Source: Candidatus Peribacteria bacterium
Lineage (GTDB): Bacteria; Patescibacteriota; Gracilibacteria; UBA1369; 2-02-FULL-48-14
Direction of reading: 5' to 3'
DNA: 64,000 nucleotides
NCBI GenBank assembly: GCA_943354505.1
Contig: CALRCE010000001.1
Location: forward strand, 15,528 to 79,527
Part shown: positions 37,934-46,698 of the stretch, in pieces
Layout of the letters: every line of letters starts with the position of its first letter
How positions within the stretch are numbered: position 1 is the first letter of the stretch
Notes under the pieces: generated by a model
The model's database searches: none
Seen by the model: only the letters and a program-made list of their open reading frames with translations
What the model was told of the DNA's origin: nothing
Position numbers and translations under genes: made by a program

Positions 37934-38989
37934 ATGGTTGCACGACTCAACACCTTACAAGACATAGTGGACAGCAGTGAAGGCGCCTGGACCGTGGAAA
38001 CCAACGCCCCAGACTTACAGCTGCCCATCGATCAAATACGATTGTTGATCTACGCGCCACACGCCGCTCCAGAAAATATTGATGAAGTCGACCCTGCTGA
38101 AGTGGCCAGCCAACTGCCCTCCGAAGGCTATGAGCGCCTCCAAGAATTTTTAAGAAACGATCCGGCTGCACAAGAGTTCCTTCGTTATGGTTGGTACCGA
38201 GCGGACGGTGGAGTCCGAGAAATAACCGCTGAAACTTTAACCAAAGCGGACGCAGAGGGTGACTCTGGAGTGGTGCTCAGACCTCGCTGGTTTGGACGTG
38301 GAGTCCTAGAACTCAATCGAGACGCAGAAGTTGCCATTGGGGATGGGTATTTTAAAGTGCCAGGTGCCCTACAAAGCCCACTTCAACGCATTCATCGGAA
38401 TTCAACGGGCGCTCTCTGGGCTCTGACAGATCAACTCTTCGCAGGAGACAACCTGAAAGGCGTCTTCCAACCGCACACCATGAGCTCTGGGAATCCTACC
38501 GATGAAGAAATGGCAGAGATAGCCAGACTCGTCAGAGAACTCCCAGAGTTTGCAGGGACGGAGGCAGCTTTATTCAAAGATCCCGAAAAAACAACCGCAC
38601 TGCTGGCCTACTGGAGAGTGGTCTACAACGCAATGAACGGCAGAAGGGATCGCACAAACGTAGACGTCATCCTCAATCAAAAAGAAGAGGGCAAACCAGA
38701 TGTCTGCCGCGGAGACTCAAGAGTGGCCAACCGCTTCTTAGCTTCTATTCGTGACCATGGCATCCCTGCGGAGTTCGACGATCCCTTTAGCCACAACCCA
38801 AAGACACCAGGCACTCAACTATCGATGCGTGCCGTCGCAGCAGAAATACCTGAATTGATTTTTGACGCCCCTCGACACGAGCTTTTAACAGACAGCACCA
38901 GCACTTATCCGCTCACAGGCTTCAAAGCCAATCCTGGCCGAATCCAGGTCTTTGCGTCCACAGCCTTAAGCTCACTTTTGGATCGCTAG
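37934..38989 (+). CDS. hypothetical protein (351 aa)
   Basis: ATG ORF with no signal peptide and no motif recognised. Confidence 0.6.
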   Translation: MVARLNTLQDIVDSSEGAWTVETNAPDLQLPIDQIRLLIYAPHAAPENIDEVDPAEVASQLPSEGYERLQEFLRNDPAAQEFLRYGWYRADGGVREITAETLTKADAEGDSGVVLRPRWFGRGVLELNRDAEVAIGDGYFKVPGALQSPLQRIHRNSTGALWALTDQLFAGDNLKGVFQPHTMSSGNPTDEEMAEIARLVRELPEFAGTEAALFKDPEKTTALLAYWRVVYNAMNGRRDRTNVDVILNQKEEGKPDVCRGDSRVANRFLASIRDHGIPAEFDDPFSHNPKTPGTQLSMRAVAAEIPELIFDAPRHELLTDSTSTYPLTGFKANPGRIQVFASTALSSLLDR

Positions 38990-38999
38990 TCAAATTTTA

Positions 39000-39028
39000 T
39001 TGACTTTCCTCACCCATCCCCCTAAAAT
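39000..39028 (+). promoter_or_regulatory. candidate promoter of rpmH-rnpA-yidC-jag (TTGACT-N17-TAAAAT)
   Basis: -35 at 39000-39005, 17-nt spacer, -10 at 39023-39028. Confidence 0.55.
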
Positions 39029-39060
39029 CACCCCACTAAGTGTCTAAGCACTCATAAACT

Positions 39061-39213
39061 ATGTTAGGAAAACTCAAAAGACTCAAACGCGCTCGAACTC
39101 ATGGCTTCCTTCAGCGCATGTCCACTCGTAACGGGCAAAAAGTGATCAATCGCCGACGCGCAAAAGGTCGTCATCAGCTCACTGTCAACGTGCGCCGTGT
39201 TAAAACGAAGTAA
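39061..39213 (+). CDS. rpmH: 50S ribosomal protein L34
   Basis: 50 aa, below the ORF-track cutoff: [42 protein letters not shown]... matches the L34 pattern (..R.HGF..RM.T..G..V...RR.KGR..LTV). Confidence 0.9.
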   Translation: MLGKLKRLKRARTHGFLQRMSTRNGQKVINRRRAKGRHQLTVNVRRVKTK

Positions 39214-39553
39214 GCGAATTCACGGACGTCCAGTCTTAACACGTATCCTAGATGAAGGAAGCTCCAAATCGGGGCCTTTTCTAAACGTGATCACCCTAGA
39301 AAACACCGTAGGGCACACCCGTTATGCAGCGCTGGTCGGCAAAAAACTCGCTCCCTCCGCCGTGGTTCGCAATCGCAAACGACGCCAAGTCTACGAGATC
39401 GTCCACATCCTCGAAAAAAACAAAGTTATACGCGAAGACAAAAACCTTGATATAGTGCTCATGGTCCGAAGACCCGCCATGACCAGCAGTTTCTCAGAAT
39501 TGCTCGCCGGTATTCAAACTCAACTCGCCTTCCTCCAAGCCGAAACTCTATGA
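39197..39553 (+). CDS. rnpA: ribonuclease P protein component
   Basis: 118 aa. The GTG start overlaps the rpmH end. [21 protein letters not shown] matches the RnpA RNR motif (K.AV.RNR.KR). It sits in the canonical position before yidC. Confidence 0.85.
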   Translation: MLKRSKRIHGRPVLTRILDEGSSKSGPFLNVITLENTVGHTRYAALVGKKLAPSAVVRNRKRRQVYEIVHILEKNKVIREDKNLDIVLMVRRPAMTSSFSELLAGIQTQLAFLQAETL

Positions 39554-40809
39554 AAAAATTCAATATCGTTCCTTATCTTGTTGTCTTTCTCAGCACCTTT
39601 TTGATTTTGCAGTGGTTCCAAGGCTCAAAACAAGAAGACCCCGCTCTGACCAATGTGGACATCGGACTGAAAACCGTAAAAGAGGATTACATCATCGGTG
39701 GAGATGTGCGCGTGGAGCTTCAAAACAACACCGACGAAACGCTCACCATCCCTTCTCGTTGCCCCGATGCTTTACTCGATGTCTACCTCTTTACGGGAGA
39801 AGGCTACGAAAAAGTGAACACCGTTCAAGAACGCGACTGCAGCCAAGTCGGGAGCATCGTGGTTGAACCCGGACAGAAAGGCCTGATTTCGCTCTTAGAC
39901 TACAGTTACACCCTTTTTGGGAAGGAAGGCACTTATAAAGTCAGCCTCACCATAGCCACTCCCACAGAAGAAGATCCAGCAGCCGTGAGCACCTACAGCA
40001 CTCCTGAGTTCCAGATTGAGCAGCCCGGGCTCTTCCGTTCCCTTTATAGAACTTTTATTTACAAGCCCATGCTCAACGCCTTGGTGGCGATTTTGATCTA
40101 CACACCAGGACATTACCTAGGCTGGGCCGTAATCATCCTCACGCTCATCATTCGAACCTTGCTCCTCATCCCATCTCAACGTGGAATGCGAGCTCAACGC
40201 CGCATGCAAGAGATCCAACCTAAACTAGAAGAACTCAAAAAGAAGCACGCCGACGATCAAACTCGTCTGGCTCAAGAAACCATGCTGCTCTGGAAGACTC
40301 ACAAAGTCAGCCCCTTTTCCAGTTGCTTGCCTTTGCTGATTCAAATGCCCATCTTGATCGCGCTCTTTCACTCGATCAATGGGGGTCTCTCTCCAGATAA
40401 GAGTGGCCTGCTCTACTCCTTCTTGCCCGACTTCTCCTTGAATTTGATCAATGCTCAATTCTTGGGCATGGACCTCCTCGGTCACAGCTTAGTGATTTTG
40501 CCCGTGATCGTCGCCGCCCTGCAGTTCTCACAAATCCAATTGATGAGTGCCCGCAGCAAAGGCAAGAACGCCAGCAAACTGCCCGCTGAAGTCGAAACCG
40601 CCAACAAAATGATGAAGTACGTCATGCCCGTGATGATCGCTGTCTTCACCGCTCAATTGCCTTCTGCCGTCGGTTTATACTGGGGAGTCAGCACTTTCTA
40701 TGGCATCCTCCAACAACTTGTGGTAAATAAAGAGCAACCAAAAGCCGCGTCTAAAGAAGAAGACGTGCAAATTCGTGTCATTAACCGTCACCATGGAAAA
40801 ACAAATTAA
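39550..40809 (+). CDS. yidC: membrane protein insertase YidC
   Basis: 419 aa. The YidC/Oxa1 core is WAVIILTLIIRTLLLIPSQRGMRAQRRMQEIQPKLEELKKKH...LPLLIQMPILIALF. ATGA overlap with rnpA. Confidence 0.92.
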   Translation: MKKFNIVPYLVVFLSTFLILQWFQGSKQEDPALTNVDIGLKTVKEDYIIGGDVRVELQNNTDETLTIPSRCPDALLDVYLFTGEGYEKVNTVQERDCSQVGSIVVEPGQKGLISLLDYSYTLFGKEGTYKVSLTIATPTEEDPAAVSTYSTPEFQIEQPGLFRSLYRTFIYKPMLNALVAILIYTPGHYLGWAVIILTLIIRTLLLIPSQRGMRAQRRMQEIQPKLEELKKKHADDQTRLAQETMLLWKTHKVSPFSSCLPLLIQMPILIALFHSINGGLSPDKSGLLYSFLPDFSLNLINAQFLGMDLLGHSLVILPVIVAALQFSQIQLMSARSKGKNASKLPAEVETANKMMKYVMPVMIAVFTAQLPSAVGLYWGVSTFYGILQQLVVNKEQPKAASKEEDVQIRVINRHHGKTN

Positions 40810-41248
40810 GAAACTCGTCTCGGAATTCCTCGTCAATCTCAGCATCGATTTTACAGATGTAGAAGTCGAAGAAGTCAGTGAAAAGGAATACCGCGTGAAC
40901 GTTATTTCCGAAGAACCCAATTTGATGATTGGACACCACGGAGAGAACCTCCTCGCCATGCAAAAGATCCTCACGGTGATCTTCCACAAAATGCTGGGCG
41001 AAGATGTGCTCATCACCTTTGATGTGGACAGCTACCGCAAACGCCAAGAAGAAAACGTGCTCACCATCGCTAAGCAAAAGATCAACGAAGTCCGCACGTC
41101 TCGCATTCAATCCGCTCTTCCCCCCATGTCGCCTTACTTCAGACGACTGGTTCACTTATACATTAAAGACAGTGGGTTTTCAGACATCACGACCGAGTCC
41201 ATCGGTGAAGGCAATTACCGCCAAGTGATGATCAAACCCCTTGTATGA
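40793..41248 (+). CDS. jag: Jag/KhpB-type RNA-binding protein (KH + R3H domains)
   Basis: KH-like LMIGHHGENLLAMQKIL and the R3H region PMSPYFRRLVHLYIKD. I prefer ATG 40793 over the track GTG 40775. Confidence 0.85.
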   Translation: MEKQIKKLVSEFLVNLSIDFTDVEVEEVSEKEYRVNVISEEPNLMIGHHGENLLAMQKILTVIFHKMLGEDVLITFDVDSYRKRQEENVLTIAKQKINEVRTSRIQSALPPMSPYFRRLVHLYIKDSGFSDITTESIGEGNYRQVMIKPLV

Positions 41249-42156
41249 AGTCCCGATTCCCCCTTTTCAGCCTGATCCTCGCACTGGTGTTCCCACCCGC
41301 TCTGCTCTCTCATGCCGAAGAAAATTGGTATGACGACGTTGCTGAGAACCAAGAGTATTACACCGCGATTGTCGCCATGACCGAAGCCGGCGTGGTTTCG
41401 GGCTACGAGGATGGCAGCTTTCAGCCCCTCAAAGAAGTGAGCCGTGTGGAAGCCTTGAAGATGATTTTAGAAGCGACAGGCCACGATAAAGACGATGCGG
41501 GAACCGACAACGCCCCTTTTGACGACATGGACCTCGATGCTTGGTACGCCCCTTACGTGGACTACGCTTACCAAGAAGAAATCCTCACCGGAGACGACGA
41601 AGGCACTTTGAGGCCCGATGCCTCGGTCAATCGGGTGGAAGCCCTAAAAATGCTCATTTTGGCCGCCGACAAAACGTCTGAGTTGCCCGGCGTGTCCAAC
41701 GACATGTGGTACATCTCTTATCTGGAATACGCCGTGGAGAACGCGCTCTTGGTGCCGGATTCCAGCGGAGACTATCAACCGGAAGCGCTGCTCAGCCGCG
41801 GAGAACTCTGTGAACTACTCTACCGCTTTCAAAGTCACCCTTACACCGGAGAAGTTGAGTTTGGAGACGCCACCTATTACGGCTACGGCTCCAACGGCAG
41901 CAACACCGCTTCGGGAACCACTCTGGATGCTTACGGCTACATGGCCGCCCACAAAACGCTGCCTTTCGGAACCCGCGTGCGAGTGACCAACGTGAACAAC
42001 AATCAATCCGTGGTCGTGACCATTGTAGATCGTGGACCTTACGGAGAAGGCCGCATCGTGGATCTGACGCCCGCTGCCTTTGAAGAATTGGGCTCTCTGT
42101 CCACAGGAGTCTTGGATGTCCGCTTGGAAGTTTTAGCAGATGAGTCTACACTGTAA
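41245..42156 (+). CDS. secreted SLH-domain protein fused to an RlpA-like double-psi beta-barrel (lytic transglycosylase-like) domain
   Basis: Signal peptide. SLH-like repeats (YYTAIVAMTEAGVVSGYEDGSFQPLKEVSRVEALKMIL and two more). DPBB region ATYYGYGSNGSNTASGTTLD...FGTRVRVTNVNNNQSVVVTIVDRGPYGEGRIVDLTPAAFEEL. Confidence 0.8.
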   Translation: MKSRFPLFSLILALVFPPALLSHAEENWYDDVAENQEYYTAIVAMTEAGVVSGYEDGSFQPLKEVSRVEALKMILEATGHDKDDAGTDNAPFDDMDLDAWYAPYVDYAYQEEILTGDDEGTLRPDASVNRVEALKMLILAADKTSELPGVSNDMWYISYLEYAVENALLVPDSSGDYQPEALLSRGELCELLYRFQSHPYTGEVEFGDATYYGYGSNGSNTASGTTLDAYGYMAAHKTLPFGTRVRVTNVNNNQSVVVTIVDRGPYGEGRIVDLTPAAFEELGSLSTGVLDVRLEVLADESTL

Positions 42157-42159
42157 GCC

Positions 42160-42552
42160 ATGATGGACCCCCTAACCCGCGCCGTTAAGCCCCTCGAACA
42201 TCGCCGACTTCGAAAGCCTCTTTCGGAGGAGATTAAGAATGCGTATAAAACTTTGGTGATCACACTCACGGTCTTGGGAGTCGGAACCCTCGGTTCTTAC
42301 CTCTACATGAACAGCCTTAAACCGGCCAAAGGCTACGAACTCGAAAAACTTCAGTCCGAATACGAAGATCTGCAAGCAGAACTGCGCAAACTCAATCAAA
42401 AAGTCATCGAAGCCCAATCCTTTGAACAAATCGACGACAGCGATCTCATTCAAAACATGAACGACATCAACGATCAACCCACTTCTTATGTCGACGAATC
42501 CAACCTCGCTCAAAACCAGTCAGATTTTGGAACTGGTGAAGCGACTCAATAA
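42160..42552 (+). CDS. hypothetical bitopic membrane protein with coiled coil (FtsL/DivIC-like topology)
   Basis: 130 aa. TM segment LVITLTVLGVGTLGSYLYM followed by LEKLQSEYEDLQAELRKLNQKVIEA. Confidence 0.55.
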   Translation: MMDPLTRAVKPLEHRRLRKPLSEEIKNAYKTLVITLTVLGVGTLGSYLYMNSLKPAKGYELEKLQSEYEDLQAELRKLNQKVIEAQSFEQIDDSDLIQNMNDINDQPTSYVDESNLAQNQSDFGTGEATQ

Positions 42553-43144
42553 AGAGTTCCCCGATCCTCAGGCTCCTCTCACCCACCGAAACGCGTTTGA
42601 GCTGCTTTTAGCCGTGATCCTCTCTGCGCAGTGCACCGATGCCCGAGTGAACACCATCACCCCTCTGCTTTTTCCTAAAGACAGGCCCTGCACCCCTGAA
42701 GACATCTTGGCTTTGGGCGAAGAAACCGTTCGGAAGATCATCTTCCCCACAGGCTATTTCAACAGCAAAACCAAGGCCATCCTAGGCTGCGCTCAGCGCA
42801 TCCTGGAGCTCGGCCAAGTCCCCGATAGCTTCGAAGAACTCATCAAACTCCCCGGCGTCGGGGGCAAAACCGCGCAAGTCGTCCTAGCTCAATGGTTCAA
42901 GCAAGACACCTTCCCCGTGGACACCCACATCCATCGTGTGGCGAATCGACTTGGCCTCGCCAACTCCGGCAAGAACCGAGATAAAACCGAACGCCAAGTC
43001 AAAGCCAGCGTGCCTAAAGAACACTGGAGCGCTCTCCACCTTCAATTGGTTTTTCATGGACGAAAAACCTGCACCGCGGCTAAACCGAAGTGCAGGTCTT
43101 GTCCTTTAAACGATTTATGTCTCTGGCCAGAGAAAAATCTCTAG
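42488..43144 (+). CDS. nth: endonuclease III (DNA glycosylase/AP lyase)
   Basis: LLAVILSAQCTDARVN, HhH LPGVGGKTAQVVL, and the 4Fe-4S ladder C-x6-C-x2-C-x5-C (CTAAKPKCRSCPLNDLC). ATG 42488 overlaps the upstream gene by 65 nt; TTG 42527 or GTG 42536 are alternative starts. Confidence 0.9.
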   Translation: MSTNPTSLKTSQILELVKRLNKEFPDPQAPLTHRNAFELLLAVILSAQCTDARVNTITPLLFPKDRPCTPEDILALGEETVRKIIFPTGYFNSKTKAILGCAQRILELGQVPDSFEELIKLPGVGGKTAQVVLAQWFKQDTFPVDTHIHRVANRLGLANSGKNRDKTERQVKASVPKEHWSALHLQLVFHGRKTCTAAKPKCRSCPLNDLCLWPEKNL

Positions 43145-43151
43145 CCAATCT

Positions 43152-44066
43152 TTACTTGCGAACAGCTTTGCGGTTTCGGCGGAGCCATCGTCGCACGGCC
43201 CAAGCCACAACAAGCAATGGCCATCCAAAAATCACAAGATAGATGAGACCATCCACTCCCCCTTGCAAGAAGACGATCCAATCTGAAGCCGCTTCACGAA
43301 GCGTACTGAGTGGCTTCCAAGTTTCAGAGACAGCAGAAACACTTTCATCTTCACCCAAATAGAGGGTGATGGTGGAACGGTCGATTTGGCTGTCATAAGA
43401 ATTGATCTGTCCTTGTAAGCTCTCGATTTCGTAACGCACATTCGAGAGGTATTGCGTCACCGAAAGAATGTCCGTGACCGTTTCCGCCTTTTTAAGAATT
43501 TCTAAATACTGGGTTTCTTCAGCCTGTTTGTTGCTGAGACGCGTTTCCAAATCCGTATAGTACTCCGTCACATCCGAAGCATTGGTGTATTCACTTTCCA
43601 CATACACCGCCTGTTCCTTAAAAGCCGTCATACTGGCATCAAACTGATCCGAAGGAACACGCACCGTCATGTTTGCACTATAAGAGTTGTAGCCACGAGT
43701 GATGTTGGAGCTGTCCACGTTTCCACCCGCATCTTCCACAAGCTTCGTGATCACCGGCATGGCCTCTTGAACGGACTCCACATGCAAATTGAGAGAACCG
43801 GTCTTGATGATCTTGCGATCTTCAGTGACCGTTGTAGAAGTGGATGGAGCGGCAAGATCATAAGTCGAATCGGCCATGTACTTGTCACCTCCCATCATCC
43901 CTTCACTTTCAGGATAATATCCGGAAGAGGTACTTTCATAGTCGTCGTAATCATACGAACTGCCCGACATGGAGCGGAACGGCGAACAAGCACTGAGCAA
44001 AAGTGTGCTCAAAACCAAACTGGTGAATAAAAACCGTTTCATAGGCATGGAGTTAGGATGAGGCAA
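43152..44066 (-). CDS. DUF4349-like lipoprotein with C-terminal TM helices
   Basis: Lipobox LLSAC. The core DRKIIKTGSLNLHVESVQEAMPVITKLVEDAGG and the coiled middle are typical of DUF4349 (from memory). Two C-terminal TM helices. ATG 44042 (MKRFLF...) is an alternative start. Confidence 0.7.
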   Translation of the reverse strand: MPHPNSMPMKRFLFTSLVLSTLLLSACSPFRSMSGSSYDYDDYESTSSGYYPESEGMMGGDKYMADSTYDLAAPSTSTTVTEDRKIIKTGSLNLHVESVQEAMPVITKLVEDAGGNVDSSNITRGYNSYSANMTVRVPSDQFDASMTAFKEQAVYVESEYTNASDVTEYYTDLETRLSNKQAEETQYLEILKKAETVTDILSVTQYLSNVRYEIESLQGQINSYDSQIDRSTITLYLGEDESVSAVSETWKPLSTLREAASDWIVFLQGGVDGLIYLVIFGWPLLVVAWAVRRWLRRNRKAVRK

Positions 44067-44089
44067 TCCTACTCCTCACATAAAAAACT

Positions 44090-45322
44090 TTAAAGTTTTC
44101 CTGTTTGATGCAACCTCAACAAAAAGTTCGGATACGCAAAATCGATCACAAAAAGAGGAGCTGTCACGCTTGCTTTCCAGCGACCCGTATGGGTGTGCAT
44201 GGATCTTGGCATAAGGATAGGAGCTGAACCTCGAATCAAACTTTCATACTCAGGAGCAACGACCAACTCTCCAGTAAAACCCAGCTCTTTAAGCAAAACC
44301 GTCCATCCTCTCTCATGTTGACGGCGAGCCCCTCCCTCAGCAGGGATCATCAAACGAAGTGCTCCTTCTTGATTTCCAAGGGCAACCGCCTCACGGACAC
44401 GACTCAAAGAAAGTTGCGCCACATTCGGAGTTTCAGGGACAGGTGACTCCACAGGAAGGTCTTCTTTAACAGAAGGTCTTCTCGACCCAGGAACAGAAGG
44501 AGTTTGCCGCACGGCTTCTGGTCGCACTGTCTCGGATTGAATTGAACTTGGGCTAGGAAGAACTCCAGAAGAAGTTTTGGGCTCCACTTCATCAATACGA
44601 GCTTTCAATCGACCCAACTTAGATTTACAGCGAGCAATCATCGCCAGTTTTCTTTCCAGTCGTTCCAACTCCATCAAAATAGGTCCAATTTCAGCAAAAA
44701 TACGTTGAAAATTTTGGATATTTCTTTCTGAAACTATTCTCAAATCGGCCTCACTCCTGAAGCGTTTCTTGGGCAAAAGACCCCTAAGTTCAGGAGGCAA
44801 CAGGGGCTCGACTAAAATAAGTTCTAAGGCATCTTCCAATCTATCCATTTCTCGAGTAATCTCTTCAACTCTTTTCCCACGACGCTCTTGAGCACGATCC
44901 AAGGTCCGCCGCCGTTTATCCAATTCACTTTCAGAAGCAACCAGTCTTAACAATTCAGCATACTGGGCACGGCTTACCTCCAAAACATGTTCCTTGGGGG
45001 CTCTCATCACACGTCCATGCTTTTCTCGAAGAACAGCAATGGGTTTAGGCTGTCCAAAAAGAAAGAGTTGGTTCAAGAGCCGAGATCCAAAGTCCTCACT
45101 AAGAGCCGCGAGTAAGTCCTCTTCATCAGGAAACTCCGTCTGCGCCAAGGCAACACCTTGGCTCGCACGAGACCACAGCAGTATCACAGGAGAGAGCTCT
45201 GTCTTCCCCCTTTCCCGAAGTTCGAGCAAGTCAGGGACAAAAGATTTGGCCACAATAAAACGATTACGATATGAAATCTTAACACGAAAGCTAGATTTGT
45301 AAAGATGCTCATGCCCTAACAA
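44090..45322 (-). CDS. hypothetical protein (410 aa, Arg/Glu/Leu-rich coiled-coil centre)
   Basis: The only long ORF here. TTG start with no in-frame ATG nearby. No motif recognised. Confidence 0.55.
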   Translation of the reverse strand: MLGHEHLYKSSFRVKISYRNRFIVAKSFVPDLLELRERGKTELSPVILLWSRASQGVALAQTEFPDEEDLLAALSEDFGSRLLNQLFLFGQPKPIAVLREKHGRVMRAPKEHVLEVSRAQYAELLRLVASESELDKRRRTLDRAQERRGKRVEEITREMDRLEDALELILVEPLLPPELRGLLPKKRFRSEADLRIVSERNIQNFQRIFAEIGPILMELERLERKLAMIARCKSKLGRLKARIDEVEPKTSSGVLPSPSSIQSETVRPEAVRQTPSVPGSRRPSVKEDLPVESPVPETPNVAQLSLSRVREAVALGNQEGALRLMIPAEGGARRQHERGWTVLLKELGFTGELVVAPEYESLIRGSAPILMPRSMHTHTGRWKASVTAPLFVIDFAYPNFLLRLHQTGKL

Positions 45323-45335
45323 GACATTTAACCTG

Positions 45336-45356
45336 AAAAACCCTCCCTAGGGAGGC
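45336..45356 (-). terminator. possible terminator of the tRNA-Glu transcription unit
   Basis: The minus-strand RNA is GCCUCC-CUAG-GGAGGG followed by UUUUU. It derives from the 14-nt perfect palindrome CCTCCCTAGGGAGG at 45342-45355. Confidence 0.35.
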
Positions 45357-45376
45357 ATTCTTTGTAGAATAATATT

Positions 45377-45396
45377 TTTGGTGATCCCACGGAGAA
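45377..45396 (-). repeat. 20-nt direct duplicate of the tRNA-Glu 3' end (att-like scar)
   Basis: TTTGGTGATCCCACGGAGAA at 45377-45396 is identical to 45508-45527 (T-stem 3' strand + acceptor + CCA + 2 nt). Confidence 0.8.
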
Positions 45397-45509
45397 GACG
45401 CTCGCTTCGCTCTCTAAACGGTCGCAAGCTCCCTCACGAACTCTGGAGTTCGATTGTTTTCTTCGAAAACCACAAATTAAAAACCACCCACGAGGGGTGC
45501 TTTCCAATT

Positions 45510-45584
45510 TGGTGATCCCACGGAGAATCGAACTCCGATTTACAGGATGAAAACCTGTTGTCCTAACCGTTAGACGATGGGACC
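45510..45584 (-). tRNA. tRNA-Glu (anticodon UUC), CCA encoded
   Basis: 75-nt cloverleaf read by hand: acceptor GGUCCCA/UGGGAUC (one G-U), D stem GUCU/GGAC, anticodon stem ACAGG/CCUGU with loop UU-UUC-AU, T arm CGGAG-UUCGAUU-CUCCG, discriminator A, CCA. Confidence 0.92.
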
Positions 45585-45624
45585 TCGTACTGCAAAGGGG
45601 TAAACCCTTCGCGAGGGCAAGGAA

Positions 45625-45652
45625 ATTATACGAATAAGCAAGCTGAAGTCAA
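45625..45652 (-). promoter_or_regulatory. candidate promoter of tRNA-Glu (TTGACT-N16-TATAAT)
   Basis: On the minus strand, -35 is at 45652-45647 and -10 at 45630-45625, about 40 nt upstream of the mature 5' end. Confidence 0.55.
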
Positions 45653-45860
45653 TCTTTTAAGAGGAAATGCCTTAGGCCCAATCTCTCTAACCTGTCGAAA
45701 TAGATAAAGCCACACTAAAAAAACACAAAAAGGAAGGCTAAAATTACAGATCGTGTAACCTGAAAAGCAACATTGAAATCCAATTCGGCAAGGGTTTCAG
45801 CTTCCCAACCTGATAACGGAGAGTATAATCGGCCTAGATTTACCCCTAACCCATTGCCCT

Positions 45861-46058
45861 ATGGCATACTCAGTTACCAACAGCAAGGGACAAGCCTACA
45901 TCCTTCACGGGAAGATGGTTACCCTCCGCGGTGGACGCAAGCAACAGATTTACTACTTTGCTCGCAAAGAAAAGGCAGATGCTCTCGGAGCTCTTCCAGA
46001 TGGATACAAGGTGACGGAAAACAAACGCACCGGTCTCCCAATGCTCAAGAAAGCGTAA
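45861..46058 (+). CDS. conserved-looking small basic protein (65 aa)
   Basis: MAYSVTNSKGQAYILHGKMVTLRGGRKQQIYYFARKEKADALGALPDGYKVTENKRTGLPMLKKA. I prefer it over the overlapping 109-aa frame because the composition is protein-like and the terminator sits directly downstream. Confidence 0.55.
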   Translation: MAYSVTNSKGQAYILHGKMVTLRGGRKQQIYYFARKEKADALGALPDGYKVTENKRTGLPMLKKA

Positions 46059-46075
46059 TACCTTTCACAGCAAAC

Positions 46076-46100
46076 AAAAAGCCCCTCACGGGGCTTTTTT
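46076..46100. terminator. bidirectional intrinsic terminator between convergent genes
   Basis: A5-GCCCC-UCAC-GGGGC-T6 (46076-46100). Confidence 0.8.
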
Positions 46101-46117
46101 AGTGTCTATTGATTGGC

Positions 46118-46603
46118 TCACTGAGCAGGAAATTCCGTAGTCACTTCGGTATCTGCCCCAGCTTCAGTCCCAGCGTCCACAGTGGATTCTGTGGCAAAGT
46201 CCATGCTTGAACTCGTGTCTTCAAAACTCTGCACAGGCACCTCCGCAGGTTTTTCAAATTCCACAAACAAAGCGCCCATAAAAACCATGAGCACCACCAT
46301 CCACATCAAGGTGCACAGCAAAATGCGAAGGGACGTCATGTGACTCTTTTGGTCTTGCGCGTAATACATGGGGAAGCCGAAAAGGATCAGAGCTTGCGTG
46401 GCACAAAGGAAGATGAAAATGAAAGCGGTGAAGAAAAAGTCGAGCTGCATCACTCCATTCATGTTCATCCACAGGCCAAACATGGGGAGCAAAATCACAC
46501 TCACTCCCAAACTCACCATCGAAAACACGGCCAGCACAAAGCCTAACGTGAGGAGTTCTTTGTTCGTGAACTTTTTGCTTTTAAAGATTTGGAAGAAAGG
46601 CAT
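46118..46603 (-). CDS. hypothetical integral membrane protein (4 TM)
   Basis: 161 aa with four hydrophobic helices and an acidic Thr/Glu-rich C-terminal tail. Confidence 0.7.
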   Translation of the reverse strand: MPFFQIFKSKKFTNKELLTLGFVLAVFSMVSLGVSVILLPMFGLWMNMNGVMQLDFFFTAFIFIFLCATQALILFGFPMYYAQDQKSHMTSLRILLCTLMWMVVLMVFMGALFVEFEKPAEVPVQSFEDTSSSMDFATESTVDAGTEAGADTEVTTEFPAQ

Positions 46604-46698
46604 GTGTGGAGGAGGTCAAGGAGATAAGGGTATCCAACGAGGAGCAGAACCAAAAAAAGTAAATAGCTCATAGTTGGAGTTTACTGTACTCTACCCTC

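Noticed and set aside
38990-39060. Replication origin / dnaA region expected next to rpmH-rnpA-yidC-jag
   Set aside because: No dnaA gene is adjacent, and I saw no TTATCCACA-like DnaA boxes or AT-rich unwinding element in this 70-nt gap. The gap contains only a promoter.
45441-45484. Possible plus-strand tRNA (GGAGTTCGATT T-loop-like sequence and a downstream ...AACCA)
   Set aside because: The T-stem cannot pair (TGGAG against GTTTT), and no acceptor or anticodon arms can be drawn. I interpret it as an inverted fragment of the neighbouring tRNA-Glu.
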